Assembly (NCBI GenBank): GCA_049965755.1
Contig: JBMFVY010000001.1
Coordinates: 14,370 to 78,369 of the forward strand
Length of the DNA stretch: 64,000 bases
Reading direction: 5' to 3'
DNA from: Phycisphaerae bacterium
Lineage (GTDB): Bacteria; Planctomycetota; Phycisphaerae; WQYP01
Shown here piece after piece: positions 1-10,377 of the stretch. Made by a program: the position numbers and the translations under genes. Below the pieces are notes generated by a model. That model saw nothing but the letters and a program-made list of their open reading frames with translations. It had not been told where the DNA came from and searched no databases. Numbering within the stretch: the first letter of the stretch is position 1; each line of letters begins with the position of its first letter.

Positions 1-717
1 CGTCGGCTTGTCGGTCTGTCGGAGGGCTTCATCGTAGGCCTTGCGTACCGCCGCCACATCATGGCCGTTAATCTCGATGGCATGCCAGCCAAAACCCCGT
101 GCGCGAGCTGCGTACACATCACTGTGCCACCCGATATCCGTTTCTCCCCGCTGACCAAGACGATTCATGTCGATGATGGCGATCAGATTGTTGAGTTTAT
201 AGTACGACGCTTTATCAAACGCCTCCCAGATCGAACCTTCCGCCATTTCGCTGTCGCCGCAGAGCACCCATACGCGGTAGGGAAGTTTATCCAGATATTT
301 GCCGTTAATTGCCATGCCCACACCGATCGGCAATCCCTGTCCCAGAGACCCGGTCGCTACATCTACCCATTTGAGCACATGTGGGTTCGGGTGTCCCTGC
401 AGCACGCTGCCGAATTTTCGCAGCGAGAGAAGTTCGGCATCTGAAATCACCCCAGCCGCCTTGTACATGGCATAAAGCAATGGACAGGCATGCCCCTTGC
501 TGAAAATCAGCCGATCATTGCACGGACTGTGCGGATCGGAAAAATCATATTTCAGGTAATCGGTCATCAACACGGCCATCAATTCCGATGCGGACATGGA
601 AGAGGTCGGGTGGCCGGACCCTGCGGCGGTGGTACAGCGGATGGAATCAATCTTCAGTTGTCGGGCCAGTTCTGTCAGTCTGCTGGTTTGTGTTTCGGTT
701 AACGTTGCGGTGGTCAT
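1..717 (-). CDS. tkt: Transketolase, N-terminal (thiamine-diphosphate binding) part; 5' partial (runs off window start); resembles subunit A of split-type transketolases
   Basis: Reverse-strand translation from ATG near 717: MTTATLTETQTSRLTELARQLKIDSIRCTTAAGSGHPTSSMSASELMAVLM...SKGHACPLLYAMYKAAGV...GSLGQGLPIGVGMAI...LCGDSEMAEGSIWEA. This is the classic transketolase N-terminal TPP-binding motif set (GHxxxxxS, GSLGQG, GDG-type). Not in the ORF track because it lacks an in-window stop. Confidence 0.85.
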   Translation of the reverse strand, partial: MTTATLTETQTSRLTELARQLKIDSIRCTTAAGSGHPTSSMSASELMAVLMTDYLKYDFSDPHSPCNDRLIFSKGHACPLLYAMYKAAGVISDAELLSLRKFGSVLQGHPNPHVLKWVDVATGSLGQGLPIGVGMAINGKYLDKLPYRVWVLCGDSEMAEGSIWEAFDKASYYKLNNLIAIIDMNRLGQRGETDIGWHSDVYAARARGFGWHAIEINGHDVAAVRKAYDEALRQTDKPT

Positions 718-954
718 AAATACGTTCTCCTGTCATCTCACTAGGCATCCATGAATACCTTCTAAGCGAGAGCATACCGGAAGATTGGAGAGTTGAAAAA
801 TTTACAGCGGCGACTCGGGCGCCCAACATTAACCGTGCAGATGTCCGGGATAGGTATTAAATCCGAGCAACCCATGGGGGGATCAGTTACCGTGCCCTGA
901 TTTGCAGTGCACAAGTGGAGAAAATAAAGCCCACACCAATGATTGCATCGGCAG

Positions 955-1182
955 CTAAATGCGAGTCTTGATTCCCATGGCTCGCAGTACGCACCACCCA
1001 TTGAACCCCTCAAACAGCATCACGCAACACGCGCACAGGAATGCGACTGTCGGCCACCACAGCCAGGTAATTCCAGTCCACCACGCCGACACCGCCCATG
1101 CGATGCCGATCAGGCCCGCCACAGAACCTCCTATCAAACGCATTCGAGCACCCCGGCGATCAATATTGCAGGCCAATTTCAT
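955..1182 (-). CDS. Small two-helix membrane protein, hypothetical; 4-nt ATGA overlap with the upstream NHL/thioredoxin gene suggests translational coupling
   Basis: 75-aa ORF with two hydrophobic stretches (LIGGSVAGLIGIAWAVSAWW; WWPTVAFLCACCVMLF). Its start overlaps the stop of the 1179..3239 gene on the same strand. Confidence 0.35.
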   Translation of the reverse strand: MKLACNIDRRGARMRLIGGSVAGLIGIAWAVSAWWTGITWLWWPTVAFLCACCVMLFEGFNGWCVLRAMGIKTRI

Positions 1183-3239
1183 GGAATAAATCCTCGGAAT
1201 GACGCATGACTCAGTTTCAATTCAATCTTTCTTCCGGTTCCCGCTTCAACCTCCACCTTCCACGCGCAGGTAGCCGGTACGCATTGACCCATCGTCGCGT
1301 TGGTGCAGTAATCATAATACACTTCGGTTAGCCATGCTCCGGTGGGAAGCCCGGCAGGGAGAATGAATTGAATTACCGGATTTCCTTTGGATTCTGCGGT
1401 AGTTTCGAAAATCAACTTTCCTGAAGGAGTGGTGATGCGGATAGAAATCGGCACTCCAACCGTCAAATGGGTACCATGCGGTATCTTCAGGTGAGCCGTC
1501 AGATAAACTTTCGCTCCCGATGCGAATTCGGCATTGACTGTTGGTATGCGGTCGAGCCGCAGGGCAAGATGAGATGGCTTGGCAGAATTCGTGCCCGCAC
1601 GCAGGCCGGTGATCACCAATTGCCGCCAATGTCCCGTCTTGCCATTGAGAATCACGATGCGTTGATTATCCGTATCCGCCACAAATATCGTATGGCCCAT
1701 TACCGATAATCCGCCGGGCTCGGCAAATTCTACGGGCCCGCCGATATGACCTGTGCCTGCTTTACCGATGCCCGCAAATGTAGTCACCCGCCTGCTTTTC
1801 AGATTGATAAGCCGCAGCTTGTCGTTGTAAGTGTCCGCGACCAGCAGCCGGGTTCGGCCCCACGCCGCCACCCCCATGCAGTGCTGAAGCAGAGCCGAGG
1901 TCAGGCTTCCATCCCTGTCACCGAAGGTGAACAGCCCCTGGCCCACTATCGTGCGCACCTGCCGACTCCTAAGATTAATCTGCGCCACGGCCGATGCCTC
2001 CGGCTCCGCAACATACAGATAATGTCCCCGCAGTGCCAGACCGGATGGTTGGGCCATTTCTGCCGCCAATCCGACCCCGTTCTCCAACCCCTCAAATCCC
2101 GATCCCGCATACGCTCGTGCCACCAGCGTTTGGGTATTAAATTTCCATATCTGATGTTCGCCCGCCATGGCGATGTACAGCGTGTGCCCGCGTCCAGCCA
2201 ATGCCCACGGCGAATTAATTCCCTGCTGAGTTCCCTTGCCGCCGCCAGCAAAATCAAAAACCTCCGAGCCAGTTCCCAGAATGGTCCGCACTATATCCGT
2301 TTTCAGATTAATCGCCCGGATCAGGTGGTTGTTCGTATCCGCCACGTAAAGTGTGTCCCCCAGCAGCGCCATCCCTTGAGGGGAATTAAATTCGCACTCT
2401 TTCGCCGATCCGTTGCGCCGGCCACTTTTACCATTACCGAATATTGCAATTAATTTTGCAACGCCGGCTTGGTTTGGAAGTCTCGTCTCCACAATCCGGT
2501 TATGGTCGGTGTCGGCTATAAACAGCCGCTTGAGCCGGGCCGATGCCAGAACCTTGCCGGGAAAAGCCAGGCCGCTGGCAGAATATTCTTGATCCCGAAT
2601 GGGAAATACCAGCGGATGGCGGGCTAACAAATGATGTTTGCGATCATATTTTAACTGCTGACTGATTGCCTTCTTCAGGCTGCGATAGTTCACCTCGCCC
2701 GCGACTGACCCGTCAATGTGCCCACCCGCGCCCACCAGCACGAATGTCGGCCACGAATCAACCCCGTAGGCATTCCATATCTGCATATTTTCGTCCACGA
2801 TGACGGGATGATCGATCTTGTAGCGCATCACCGCCGCACGAACATTTCGAGGGCGGCTCTCAGCGGCAAATTTGGCACTGTGCACGCCGATAATCAGAAA
2901 CGGCTGATTGGCAAAATGCCTTTGTAGGCGATCCAGCACCGGAAACATGTGAATGCAGTTGATGCAGCCGTACGTCCAGAAATCCAGCAACACCACCTGC
3001 CTCTTGAGTTGATGCGTAAAGCTCAGCGGTTCCGGTGTGTTGATCCAGGCAAAATTGCTTGGAAAATTGGGGGCCTTCGGGCCGCGGCTCTCCGCCGTCC
3101 AACCCCTCTGTGAACACGCGGTCAGCATGCTTAAGAGGAGCAAAACCATCAGGGTGACGCGCCCTTTACCCCTTGAAATAAGCCCTAATCCCTTCTCGAT
3201 CACCGACTTCGCATAGCCCATTTTCATAACTATCTCCAA
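1179..3239 (-). CDS. Thioredoxin-like (redoxin) domain fused to NHL-repeat beta-propeller (NHLRC2-like); probable lipoprotein/secreted
   Basis: N-terminal hydrophobic signal with lipobox-like LLSMLTAC. Redoxin-like segment VVLLDFWTYGCINCIHMFP (CxxC), followed by repeated NHL-type motifs (LYVADTNNHLIRAINL, LLVADTYNDKLRLINL, IFVADTDNQRIVILN). Confidence 0.8.
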   Translation of the reverse strand: MEIVMKMGYAKSVIEKGLGLISRGKGRVTLMVLLLLSMLTACSQRGWTAESRGPKAPNFPSNFAWINTPEPLSFTHQLKRQVVLLDFWTYGCINCIHMFPVLDRLQRHFANQPFLIIGVHSAKFAAESRPRNVRAAVMRYKIDHPVIVDENMQIWNAYGVDSWPTFVLVGAGGHIDGSVAGEVNYRSLKKAISQQLKYDRKHHLLARHPLVFPIRDQEYSASGLAFPGKVLASARLKRLFIADTDHNRIVETRLPNQAGVAKLIAIFGNGKSGRRNGSAKECEFNSPQGMALLGDTLYVADTNNHLIRAINLKTDIVRTILGTGSEVFDFAGGGKGTQQGINSPWALAGRGHTLYIAMAGEHQIWKFNTQTLVARAYAGSGFEGLENGVGLAAEMAQPSGLALRGHYLYVAEPEASAVAQINLRSRQVRTIVGQGLFTFGDRDGSLTSALLQHCMGVAAWGRTRLLVADTYNDKLRLINLKSRRVTTFAGIGKAGTGHIGGPVEFAEPGGLSVMGHTIFVADTDNQRIVILNGKTGHWRQLVITGLRAGTNSAKPSHLALRLDRIPTVNAEFASGAKVYLTAHLKIPHGTHLTVGVPISIRITTPSGKLIFETTAESKGNPVIQFILPAGLPTGAWLTEVYYDYCTNATMGQCVPATCAWKVEVEAGTGRKIELKLSHASFRGFIP

Positions 3240-3481
3240 ATCCGCCTGACGGATATATAGTACGCATTACCTCGAATCACGGATGATTTCCTTCGCGAGG
3301 GCCCTATTGCCATGTGCAATCTTTCCACCAGGCCGGGGCCGCATCGTATGAATGCAACCGTTCACCGGCGCGGTATATCGTCCCGGCCGCCAAGACACCG
3401 GTTTAGCGCGGACTGACACTGCTGAGATGAAGCGACTATAATTTCGAACTGGTTTATTCGTTTGGAAGGATATATACCTGA

Positions 3482-6424
3482 ATGAATGTCATTGTGGCAA
3501 AGCCCGTTACGGTCGAATCTTCACACCCTTCTACCGGTAGTATCTCCTGGGATATGCTCGAAAAACGTCGTCCATTCCATGAACGGCACATCGGATCTTC
3601 AGAGCAAGATATCGCGGCTATGCTCTCATCACTCGGTCTGGGCACATTGGAAGAGTTGCTGGCCGAAACCATTCCCGATTCCATTCGCTTTCATAAGCCG
3701 CTGGCGCTTCCTCACCCCATGTCCGAAACGCAGATGGCGGAAAATCTGCGCCGACTGGGTCGTCAAAACCGCATCTTCCGCTCCTACATCGGTATGGGCT
3801 ACTACCCCTGCATCACCGAACCGGTCATTGAAAGAAATATCCTCGCCAATCCGGGGTGGTACACCCAGTACACGCCATATCAGGCGGAGATTGCGCAGGG
3901 ACGGCTTGAAGCACTGTTAAATTTTCAAACCATGACCGCTGATTTGACCGGTCTGCCGCTGGCCAATGCTTCCATGCTGGATGAGGCAACCGCAGCCGGT
4001 GAAGCGATGAGCATGTGCCGGGCATTAACTGTGGCGGATAAGAACGTGTTTTTCATCGCCCGCGATCTGCACCCGCAGGTGATCGAAGTGGTCGCCGCCC
4101 GCGCAGCCGGACTTCATCTCACCTGTGAAGTGGGGGATGTGGATCAATTGGCGGCGGACGATCCGGCTTATTTCGGCTTTCTCGTCGGATATCCCGCATC
4201 AGATGGCAAAATCAGAGATATCCGCTCCCTCGCCACCGCCGCCCATCGACACGGTGCACTGGTGGTGACGGCCACGGATATGCTGGCGCTGACCATTCTG
4301 GAATCGCCCGGTTTACTCGGTGCCGACATCGCCGTCGGCAGTGCACAACGACTCGGTATGCCGATGGGGTATGGCGGGCCGCACGCGGCATTTATGTCCA
4401 CCCGCATGGAATATGCCCGTAAACTGCCCGGACGCATCGTCGGTGTCTCCCGTGATGCGGCGGGGCGTCCCGCTTACCGTCTGGCCATCCAGACGCGGGA
4501 GCAGCACATCCGGCGCGAAAAAGCCACCAGCAACATTTGCACCGCTCAGGTGCTGCCGGCAATTATGGCCGCCATGCACGCGGTATATCACGGCCCGGAC
4601 GGATTGAAGAACATTGCCAATCGCATTCACGGCTGGACCTGTGTTCTGGCAACCGGATTGCGAAAGCTTGGCCATCAAATCGTCCACGAACATTATTTTG
4701 ACACCTTGCGAATCATGCCGTCCGTAGAGACGGTCGCCGACGACATCCATCGCGAGGCGCATCGGCGGCAGATCAATCTGCGACGCTATCCGGATGATAC
4801 CATCGGAATTTCACTCGATCAGCGCTCCACCATGGATGACGTTCATACCCTGCTGCATGTGTTTTCCCCCAACCGCCCGCTTCCATTCCTCCTTGATCCG
4901 GTGGTCAAGGCGGCCCGAATTGCGATTCCAACCGCGTTGCAGCGACAGAGTAAATTCATGACGCACCCGGTATTTAATCAATACCATAGCGAAACGGAAA
5001 TGCAGCGTTACATGCGCCGATTGGAATCACGCGATCTCTCGTTGACGCATTCCATGATCCCGCTCGGGTCATGCACCATGAAACTCAACAGTGCCTCGGA
5101 GATGATGCCCTTCACCGAACCGTGCTGGGCGGATATGCATCCCTTTGCCCCGACCGATCAGTGTACCGGCTACAGCCTGCTCACTACGCAATTGGAACGA
5201 TTTCTCTGTGAAATCACCGGCTTTGATGCCGTATCTCTACAGCCCAATGCAGGTTCGCAGGGAGAATATGCAGGGCTGCGAGTGATTCGGGCGTATCACC
5301 AATCAATCTCACAGGGCGATCGAAACATATGCCTGATTCCCGTTTCCGCCCACGGCACCAATCCCGCCAGCGCCGTGATTGCCGGCATGGAGGTGATCAC
5401 CGTGGAATGCGATGAGCACGGAAGTATCAGTCTGGACGATCTGCGGGCCAAAGCGCAAACCCATCGGGATCGGCTCGGCTGCCTGATGGTCACGTATCCG
5501 TCGACCCACGGCGTATTTGAAGAAACCATCGAGGAGGTGTGCCGGGTGATCCACCAGGCCGGGGGGCTGGTTTACATGGATGGCGCCAACATGAATGCCA
5601 TGGTGGGCCTGTGTCGCCCCGCGGATATCGGTGCCGATGTATGCCATCTGAATTTGCACAAGACCTTCTGTATCCCGCACGGCGGTGGGGGGCCTGGCAT
5701 GGGTCCCATCGGTGTAACGCAGAAACTCGCTCCGTTTCTTCCCGGCCATCCCACCGCATCCATCGGCGGGCCGACGGCTATTGGTCCCGTGTCCGCGGCC
5801 CCGTATGGCAGTGCATCCATTCTCACCATTTCCTGGGCATACATCGTGATGATGGGCGCCGCTGGGCTCTGGCGTGCAACGGCGGCGGCCATATTGAACG
5901 CCAACTACATGGCCCTGCGGCTCAAGGAAGATTTCCCCATTCGCTTCCGAGGGGATCGCGGCCGGGTAGCGCATGAATTTATTATTGATTGCCGTCCGTT
6001 TGAGACCGCCGCCGGTGTAAAGGTTGAGGATATCGCCAAACGTCTCATGGACTATGGATTTCATGCGCCGACCGTCTCCTGGCCAGAACCTGGCATGCTC
6101 ATGATCGAACCGACTGAGAGCGAATCTAAGGCGGAATTGGACCGTTTTTGTGACGCTCTGATTCAGATTCGCCGCGAAATCCGCGATATCGAGCAAGGAC
6201 GCTCCGACAATCGCGATAACCCCTTGAAAAATGCCCCGCATACCGCCGAGATGATGACGCAAGACTGGCATCACGCCTACAGCCGGGAGCAGGCCGTCTA
6301 TCCGATGAATGACCTGCGGAATTTCAAATTCTGGCCGACCGTCCGTCGCATTGATAACGCTTACGGCGACCGCAATTTATTCTGCGCCTGCCCGCCGATT
6401 TCCACTTATCAGGCGGAGTCATAG
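3482..6424 (+). CDS. gcvP: Glycine dehydrogenase (decarboxylating), glycine cleavage system P protein
   Basis: 980-aa single-chain P-protein. ERHIGSSEQDIAAML N-terminal region, NILANPGWYTQYTPYQAEIAQGRLEALLNFQTM, and the PLP-lysine region CHLNLHKTFCIPHGGGGPGMGPIGV. Length and motifs are canonical for GcvP. Confidence 0.95.
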   Translation: MNVIVAKPVTVESSHPSTGSISWDMLEKRRPFHERHIGSSEQDIAAMLSSLGLGTLEELLAETIPDSIRFHKPLALPHPMSETQMAENLRRLGRQNRIFRSYIGMGYYPCITEPVIERNILANPGWYTQYTPYQAEIAQGRLEALLNFQTMTADLTGLPLANASMLDEATAAGEAMSMCRALTVADKNVFFIARDLHPQVIEVVAARAAGLHLTCEVGDVDQLAADDPAYFGFLVGYPASDGKIRDIRSLATAAHRHGALVVTATDMLALTILESPGLLGADIAVGSAQRLGMPMGYGGPHAAFMSTRMEYARKLPGRIVGVSRDAAGRPAYRLAIQTREQHIRREKATSNICTAQVLPAIMAAMHAVYHGPDGLKNIANRIHGWTCVLATGLRKLGHQIVHEHYFDTLRIMPSVETVADDIHREAHRRQINLRRYPDDTIGISLDQRSTMDDVHTLLHVFSPNRPLPFLLDPVVKAARIAIPTALQRQSKFMTHPVFNQYHSETEMQRYMRRLESRDLSLTHSMIPLGSCTMKLNSASEMMPFTEPCWADMHPFAPTDQCTGYSLLTTQLERFLCEITGFDAVSLQPNAGSQGEYAGLRVIRAYHQSISQGDRNICLIPVSAHGTNPASAVIAGMEVITVECDEHGSISLDDLRAKAQTHRDRLGCLMVTYPSTHGVFEETIEEVCRVIHQAGGLVYMDGANMNAMVGLCRPADIGADVCHLNLHKTFCIPHGGGGPGMGPIGVTQKLAPFLPGHPTASIGGPTAIGPVSAAPYGSASILTISWAYIVMMGAAGLWRATAAAILNANYMALRLKEDFPIRFRGDRGRVAHEFIIDCRPFETAAGVKVEDIAKRLMDYGFHAPTVSWPEPGMLMIEPTESESKAELDRFCDALIQIRREIRDIEQGRSDNRDNPLKNAPHTAEMMTQDWHHAYSREQAVYPMNDLRNFKFWPTVRRIDNAYGDRNLFCACPPISTYQAES

Positions 6425-6460
6425 CGATCTTCTCAGTGCGGAGCAGCGGGCCCCTTGCCG

Positions 6461-8284
6461 TCATGCCCCGGAAGCCGGATGCTGAATCTGCATGAAGATC
6501 ATCATGGCCCCGGCGAGAATACGGTGCAATTGCTGCGAACTGACACGCAGTGACGCTGTCGGCATAAACAGTTTGATCTCTGGCTTATTCCGCAAGCAGC
6601 TGGCGCTCAGCGCCCATACCGGTGTGCGACCCGCCTGGACCGGGTTGGGAATCTGCATCATCCCGCTGTCTGCGCTAACGTCCGCCGTCAATTGACCGAG
6701 CTCGACGGCCGGGTCGAAAAATCCGGCGATAAAAGCACCCGGCAGATAATGCGATGGTGCCGCCGCACCGGCGATCTTCGTTGCCGAAATTCCGTGCCCT
6801 TTGAGATATTCAATATATTTCTTCAACTGCGAAGGCCGCAGGTTGTTAGCCTCAATAACCCGGTGCCCCAGGTAGCCGACTGCAAACTGAGATGTGGGGC
6901 CGCCGAATTCCGCGTCAATACCGTCTCTGAACACCTTAGCGAAGGCTTCGCCGGAGATACCCAGCTTTTGCACGCCCGGCGTCAATGATGCATGCAACGC
7001 AACGCGATTGAATGTTATTCCATCGACGGTCATCGGCGCCTCGCGCACAGTGATCATCTTGTACATCACCGGACCCGTCTGCGGAGCCGTTTTAGAGGCT
7101 GTTTGATCAAGCACCGCCTTGAATGCCAGGTGGCATATCGCCTGCGGATCGTTCACATTGAAATCCTCGACCGTTGCCAGCAACGGAGCCTGCATTTTTA
7201 CCGGCGCGATCAGGAAAAAGTTCTGTCTCAGATACTTTCCGTCTGGATGTTTCGCCTGCAGTTCCAATATTTTGTCTATGTCTGCCATGGCGGGCGGGGT
7301 CTTCGTCGCATTTCTCGGGAAAACATGTTTGAACGCTTCGGCGATGCGGGAGGTTGATAGCGTATACGGCAATTTGAGGCGCAGGGCCATTGCCAATGGC
7401 AGATCAGGCATTTGCCTGGCAGGCAACAATCGACTCTCGGAGAGGGCCTCAAGAAATGCACCAGCCGTACCGCGAACACGAACATCTGCGATCCCTTCAA
7501 CCGTAATACCCTTTTTGTTCACACGAATCCCGCCGACCATCGAGCGGTAACGTTTGGCAATCAATTTCGTCATCGCGCCAATGACGTGAAAGCCGAGTTT
7601 CTGTTTTGCGGTTTCACCCATCGGCTCGGCCTTGAGTGCCGAATTCATCTTGGAGATCGCTGACCTGATTCGCGGCCCCTCGACTTGGAGCAGGCGACGG
7701 ATATTCAGATATACACTCACATCGCTGTTGGTAAACATCGCCTTAGCGCGGCCCGTAAGTGCGGGGATCGCAGCCCCCGGATGATGTAACACCATTCGCA
7801 GTGCCTCCCGATGAGATGCAAAGAGCACCGCATGCTTTTTCAAAGCCACATATCCGCTGGTTCCATTATTCAGCACCACCATCGATATGCCGTTCACCGG
7901 TGCCGGCGGATTCAGTTTTGAAACCGCCAGAGCAGGATTTGATGCTGAAAAGATCAGGACCGGTTCCAGAGCACCGCTCTCCACACCCGTCGGCATGAGA
8001 AGTAATTCCATCGGTTTGGAATTGTGTATGCCGCCGGGAATATCGATTTGCATTTCCATCGCTTTAACGGATGGAATGACGCCGGGAATAAAAATATGTT
8101 CCGCCATCCACTGGATGTTGCTGCGAAAGAGCCGTGGATTGGCGATCCGCATGACCATCACGGCGCGACCGCCTTCTGCAGGCGGCAGGTTTCCAGCCGA
8201 CACCGCTGCAAAGATCGGGGCGCTCACGGCGCTTGCGGCAAAAAGTGCACAGACGATAGGTATGCGGATTCGAATGTTGCTCAT
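6461..8284 (-). CDS. Hypothetical secreted protein (signal peptide), 607 aa
   Basis: Long ORF with N-terminal signal-like sequence MSNIRIRIPIVCALFAASAVSAPIFAAVSA. No recognisable catalytic motif. Coding-like composition across its full length. Confidence 0.5.
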   Translation of the reverse strand: MSNIRIRIPIVCALFAASAVSAPIFAAVSAGNLPPAEGGRAVMVMRIANPRLFRSNIQWMAEHIFIPGVIPSVKAMEMQIDIPGGIHNSKPMELLLMPTGVESGALEPVLIFSASNPALAVSKLNPPAPVNGISMVVLNNGTSGYVALKKHAVLFASHREALRMVLHHPGAAIPALTGRAKAMFTNSDVSVYLNIRRLLQVEGPRIRSAISKMNSALKAEPMGETAKQKLGFHVIGAMTKLIAKRYRSMVGGIRVNKKGITVEGIADVRVRGTAGAFLEALSESRLLPARQMPDLPLAMALRLKLPYTLSTSRIAEAFKHVFPRNATKTPPAMADIDKILELQAKHPDGKYLRQNFFLIAPVKMQAPLLATVEDFNVNDPQAICHLAFKAVLDQTASKTAPQTGPVMYKMITVREAPMTVDGITFNRVALHASLTPGVQKLGISGEAFAKVFRDGIDAEFGGPTSQFAVGYLGHRVIEANNLRPSQLKKYIEYLKGHGISATKIAGAAAPSHYLPGAFIAGFFDPAVELGQLTADVSADSGMMQIPNPVQAGRTPVWALSASCLRNKPEIKLFMPTASLRVSSQQLHRILAGAMMIFMQIQHPASGA

Positions 8285-8335
8285 ATTAAAAACTCCTGAA
8301 TCATGCTGAATCGTAACGGGCGGGTATCCAATTCA

Positions 8336-9964
8336 TTAAAATGAGAAAAGAGGGTTCATGTGTCGCGACATATTCAAGGGGACAAAGAAAATCAGCTCCA
8401 GCCGGCTGCCGGATCGGGAAACGGCGACCATAAGCGGCCTATGATGGACCGGAAACGCGAGAGCTCCGGCCGCCGCCTGAGGAGCCCCAGCTTCCAACGT
8501 GCGTGCACTGGTAATATCAATGGCGATCACCTTGGAGGGTAGATATCGCTTCATCATTCTCTGCAGCCGGGCATCAATTGCCGATGCTGCCGATGGACCG
8601 CGTTCCACTCGCGCGGCCAGCCGCTTGAACGCATCCGTGGGGGCCATCAAAACTCTCCGCCCACCCACCTTGTTGATGAGGTACGCCCTCTCTCCAGCCC
8701 AGCTTTTACTTAAATGAATGTTCAACCCATTTGGACCTGTCGCACCGACTTTTATCCCATCTGAATCGACCGACGGCAGAAAATGAGCCAATTCCTCGAC
8801 GTGAGCACGCATCACGCTCATATCAATGCGAGAATCCATATCCGCAAGAATGCAGGCGGCATAGTGCGTTTGACTCGATGCATCACTTCGGATCACCATC
8901 GTCCCCAATTTCGCGTGATTGAGCAACCATGGAAAACGCCAGATTTTATTTCGGGCCTTTTTTCCGTATTTTGCCGACTTCGTCCTCACATAATGGCCGA
9001 AGCTCGGTGCCAGATAATCCCCAACGGCACGCCAGTTCACGGCCTCTATGAAGGCCGTCATGTAATCGTGCATGGGTAGAGCATCAGTGGCATTCAGCGG
9101 CATCGTACGCTGGGCGGCAATTAATTCGGCAAGCCGTGATCCCGGTTGAGGCGATATTCGCAACCTATCCAGCATGGCACCATGCCTGACATCGAGCGTC
9201 AGAGCAAGCGTCTGAGTCTCGTTGATGATCCGATCCGCAAAATGCTCCCACTCCAACGTCTGCGGATCCGGCTTGGCCGCACCGCCCATCAATTGCATGC
9301 GCAAACCGATCATCGCCGTGATGCCGGATCGCAGTTCAAATGCTTCCTGTTTCATGTTCATACGCATGGCCACGAGCGGGGATCGTCCCCCCGCAGTCCC
9401 GGCGACTTGTGCCGGCTTCAGCCATGTCGCTGCATGCTCAAATGCGGCAAGTGCCTTGGCGTTTTTGGCACAGATCACATGGTGGCCGCTGAATTGAAAC
9501 ACAAATTTTTCACTGTGCGGCATACCAACGTCAAAGTGATTGATTTCTCCCCGATAGACCCCATTTTTCACTGGTCGCCCCTGCGTCGCATCCAAGAAGC
9601 TCTTACGATGCCGAATCGGCAGAATGAAAATGGACGGTACATCATCCAAAGCCACGCCGATACTGTTCCCCGGCACCACGATGAAGACACTGCCGCTTGG
9701 ATCAATCGCATCGGCTAATCCCATCGACGTAATCGCATGCCAAAGGGCCGGTTGTGAATTCGGAGGGGGAACCCCGTTGACTTCCACCTCAAGGAATGTT
9801 GGGAAGGCATGATCGAACTTTCGTATGCTCGGCATATACACCACCAACCGGCTGTTGGCGGGAATTCGTGAAAGCAGCTTGGAATCGGAAGCCAGAACGG
9901 CATGGCTGCTATACAAAAGAACTGTTAGAGCCACAAGGTAGAATGACGAAAAAACTTGGCGCAT
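8336..9964 (-). CDS. Hypothetical secreted protein (signal peptide), 542 aa
   Basis: N-terminal MRQVFSSFYLVALTVLLYSSHAVLASD signal peptide. No family recognised by eye. Same strand as, and adjacent to, the 607-aa secreted protein. Confidence 0.5.
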   Translation of the reverse strand: MRQVFSSFYLVALTVLLYSSHAVLASDSKLLSRIPANSRLVVYMPSIRKFDHAFPTFLEVEVNGVPPPNSQPALWHAITSMGLADAIDPSGSVFIVVPGNSIGVALDDVPSIFILPIRHRKSFLDATQGRPVKNGVYRGEINHFDVGMPHSEKFVFQFSGHHVICAKNAKALAAFEHAATWLKPAQVAGTAGGRSPLVAMRMNMKQEAFELRSGITAMIGLRMQLMGGAAKPDPQTLEWEHFADRIINETQTLALTLDVRHGAMLDRLRISPQPGSRLAELIAAQRTMPLNATDALPMHDYMTAFIEAVNWRAVGDYLAPSFGHYVRTKSAKYGKKARNKIWRFPWLLNHAKLGTMVIRSDASSQTHYAACILADMDSRIDMSVMRAHVEELAHFLPSVDSDGIKVGATGPNGLNIHLSKSWAGERAYLINKVGGRRVLMAPTDAFKRLAARVERGPSAASAIDARLQRMMKRYLPSKVIAIDITSARTLEAGAPQAAAGALAFPVHHRPLMVAVSRSGSRLELIFFVPLNMSRHMNPLFSF

Positions 9965-10377
9965 TGGATACCCCCAGAATACCCCTCAGACATATAAATT
10001 CTCATGGTAATCGATCGTTCTGGCTGCGGGAAGTTCGATTTACGGAAGTACTATGGGGAAATCGCGGCAATGTTTCCGGTTACCCATGGAGCCGGCCTTC
10101 AACTACCTGCTTTCTCTGCCTCGCCTAAGTTTCATCCCTCTGAATGAGGGCCGTCGCCAAAGTACTTCAGTGACCGCTCCGAAAAGCTGCCGAACCGATA
10201 TCCGGGGTTTGCATTCAATTGACGCCGTCGAGGACTTGAGCATATTCTTACCATCAACTGGATCGGAGCAATACTCAAAATGCACTTACGTTTTAAGCTG
10301 TTGGCCACCAGTTGGGAGTAAATCGCAATCAGGATAGTTTTAATTGTTTTGATCAACCAAGCTTCAAGGAGTATCAC

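Noticed and set aside
5309-6274. 321-aa minus-strand ORF inside gcvP (and several 80-150-aa ORFs on both strands in 3486..5976)
   Set aside because: Fully antisense/out-of-frame to a strongly supported gcvP CDS. Long spurious antisense ORFs are expected in high-GC DNA. Translations are Arg/Pro/Gly-rich with no motifs.
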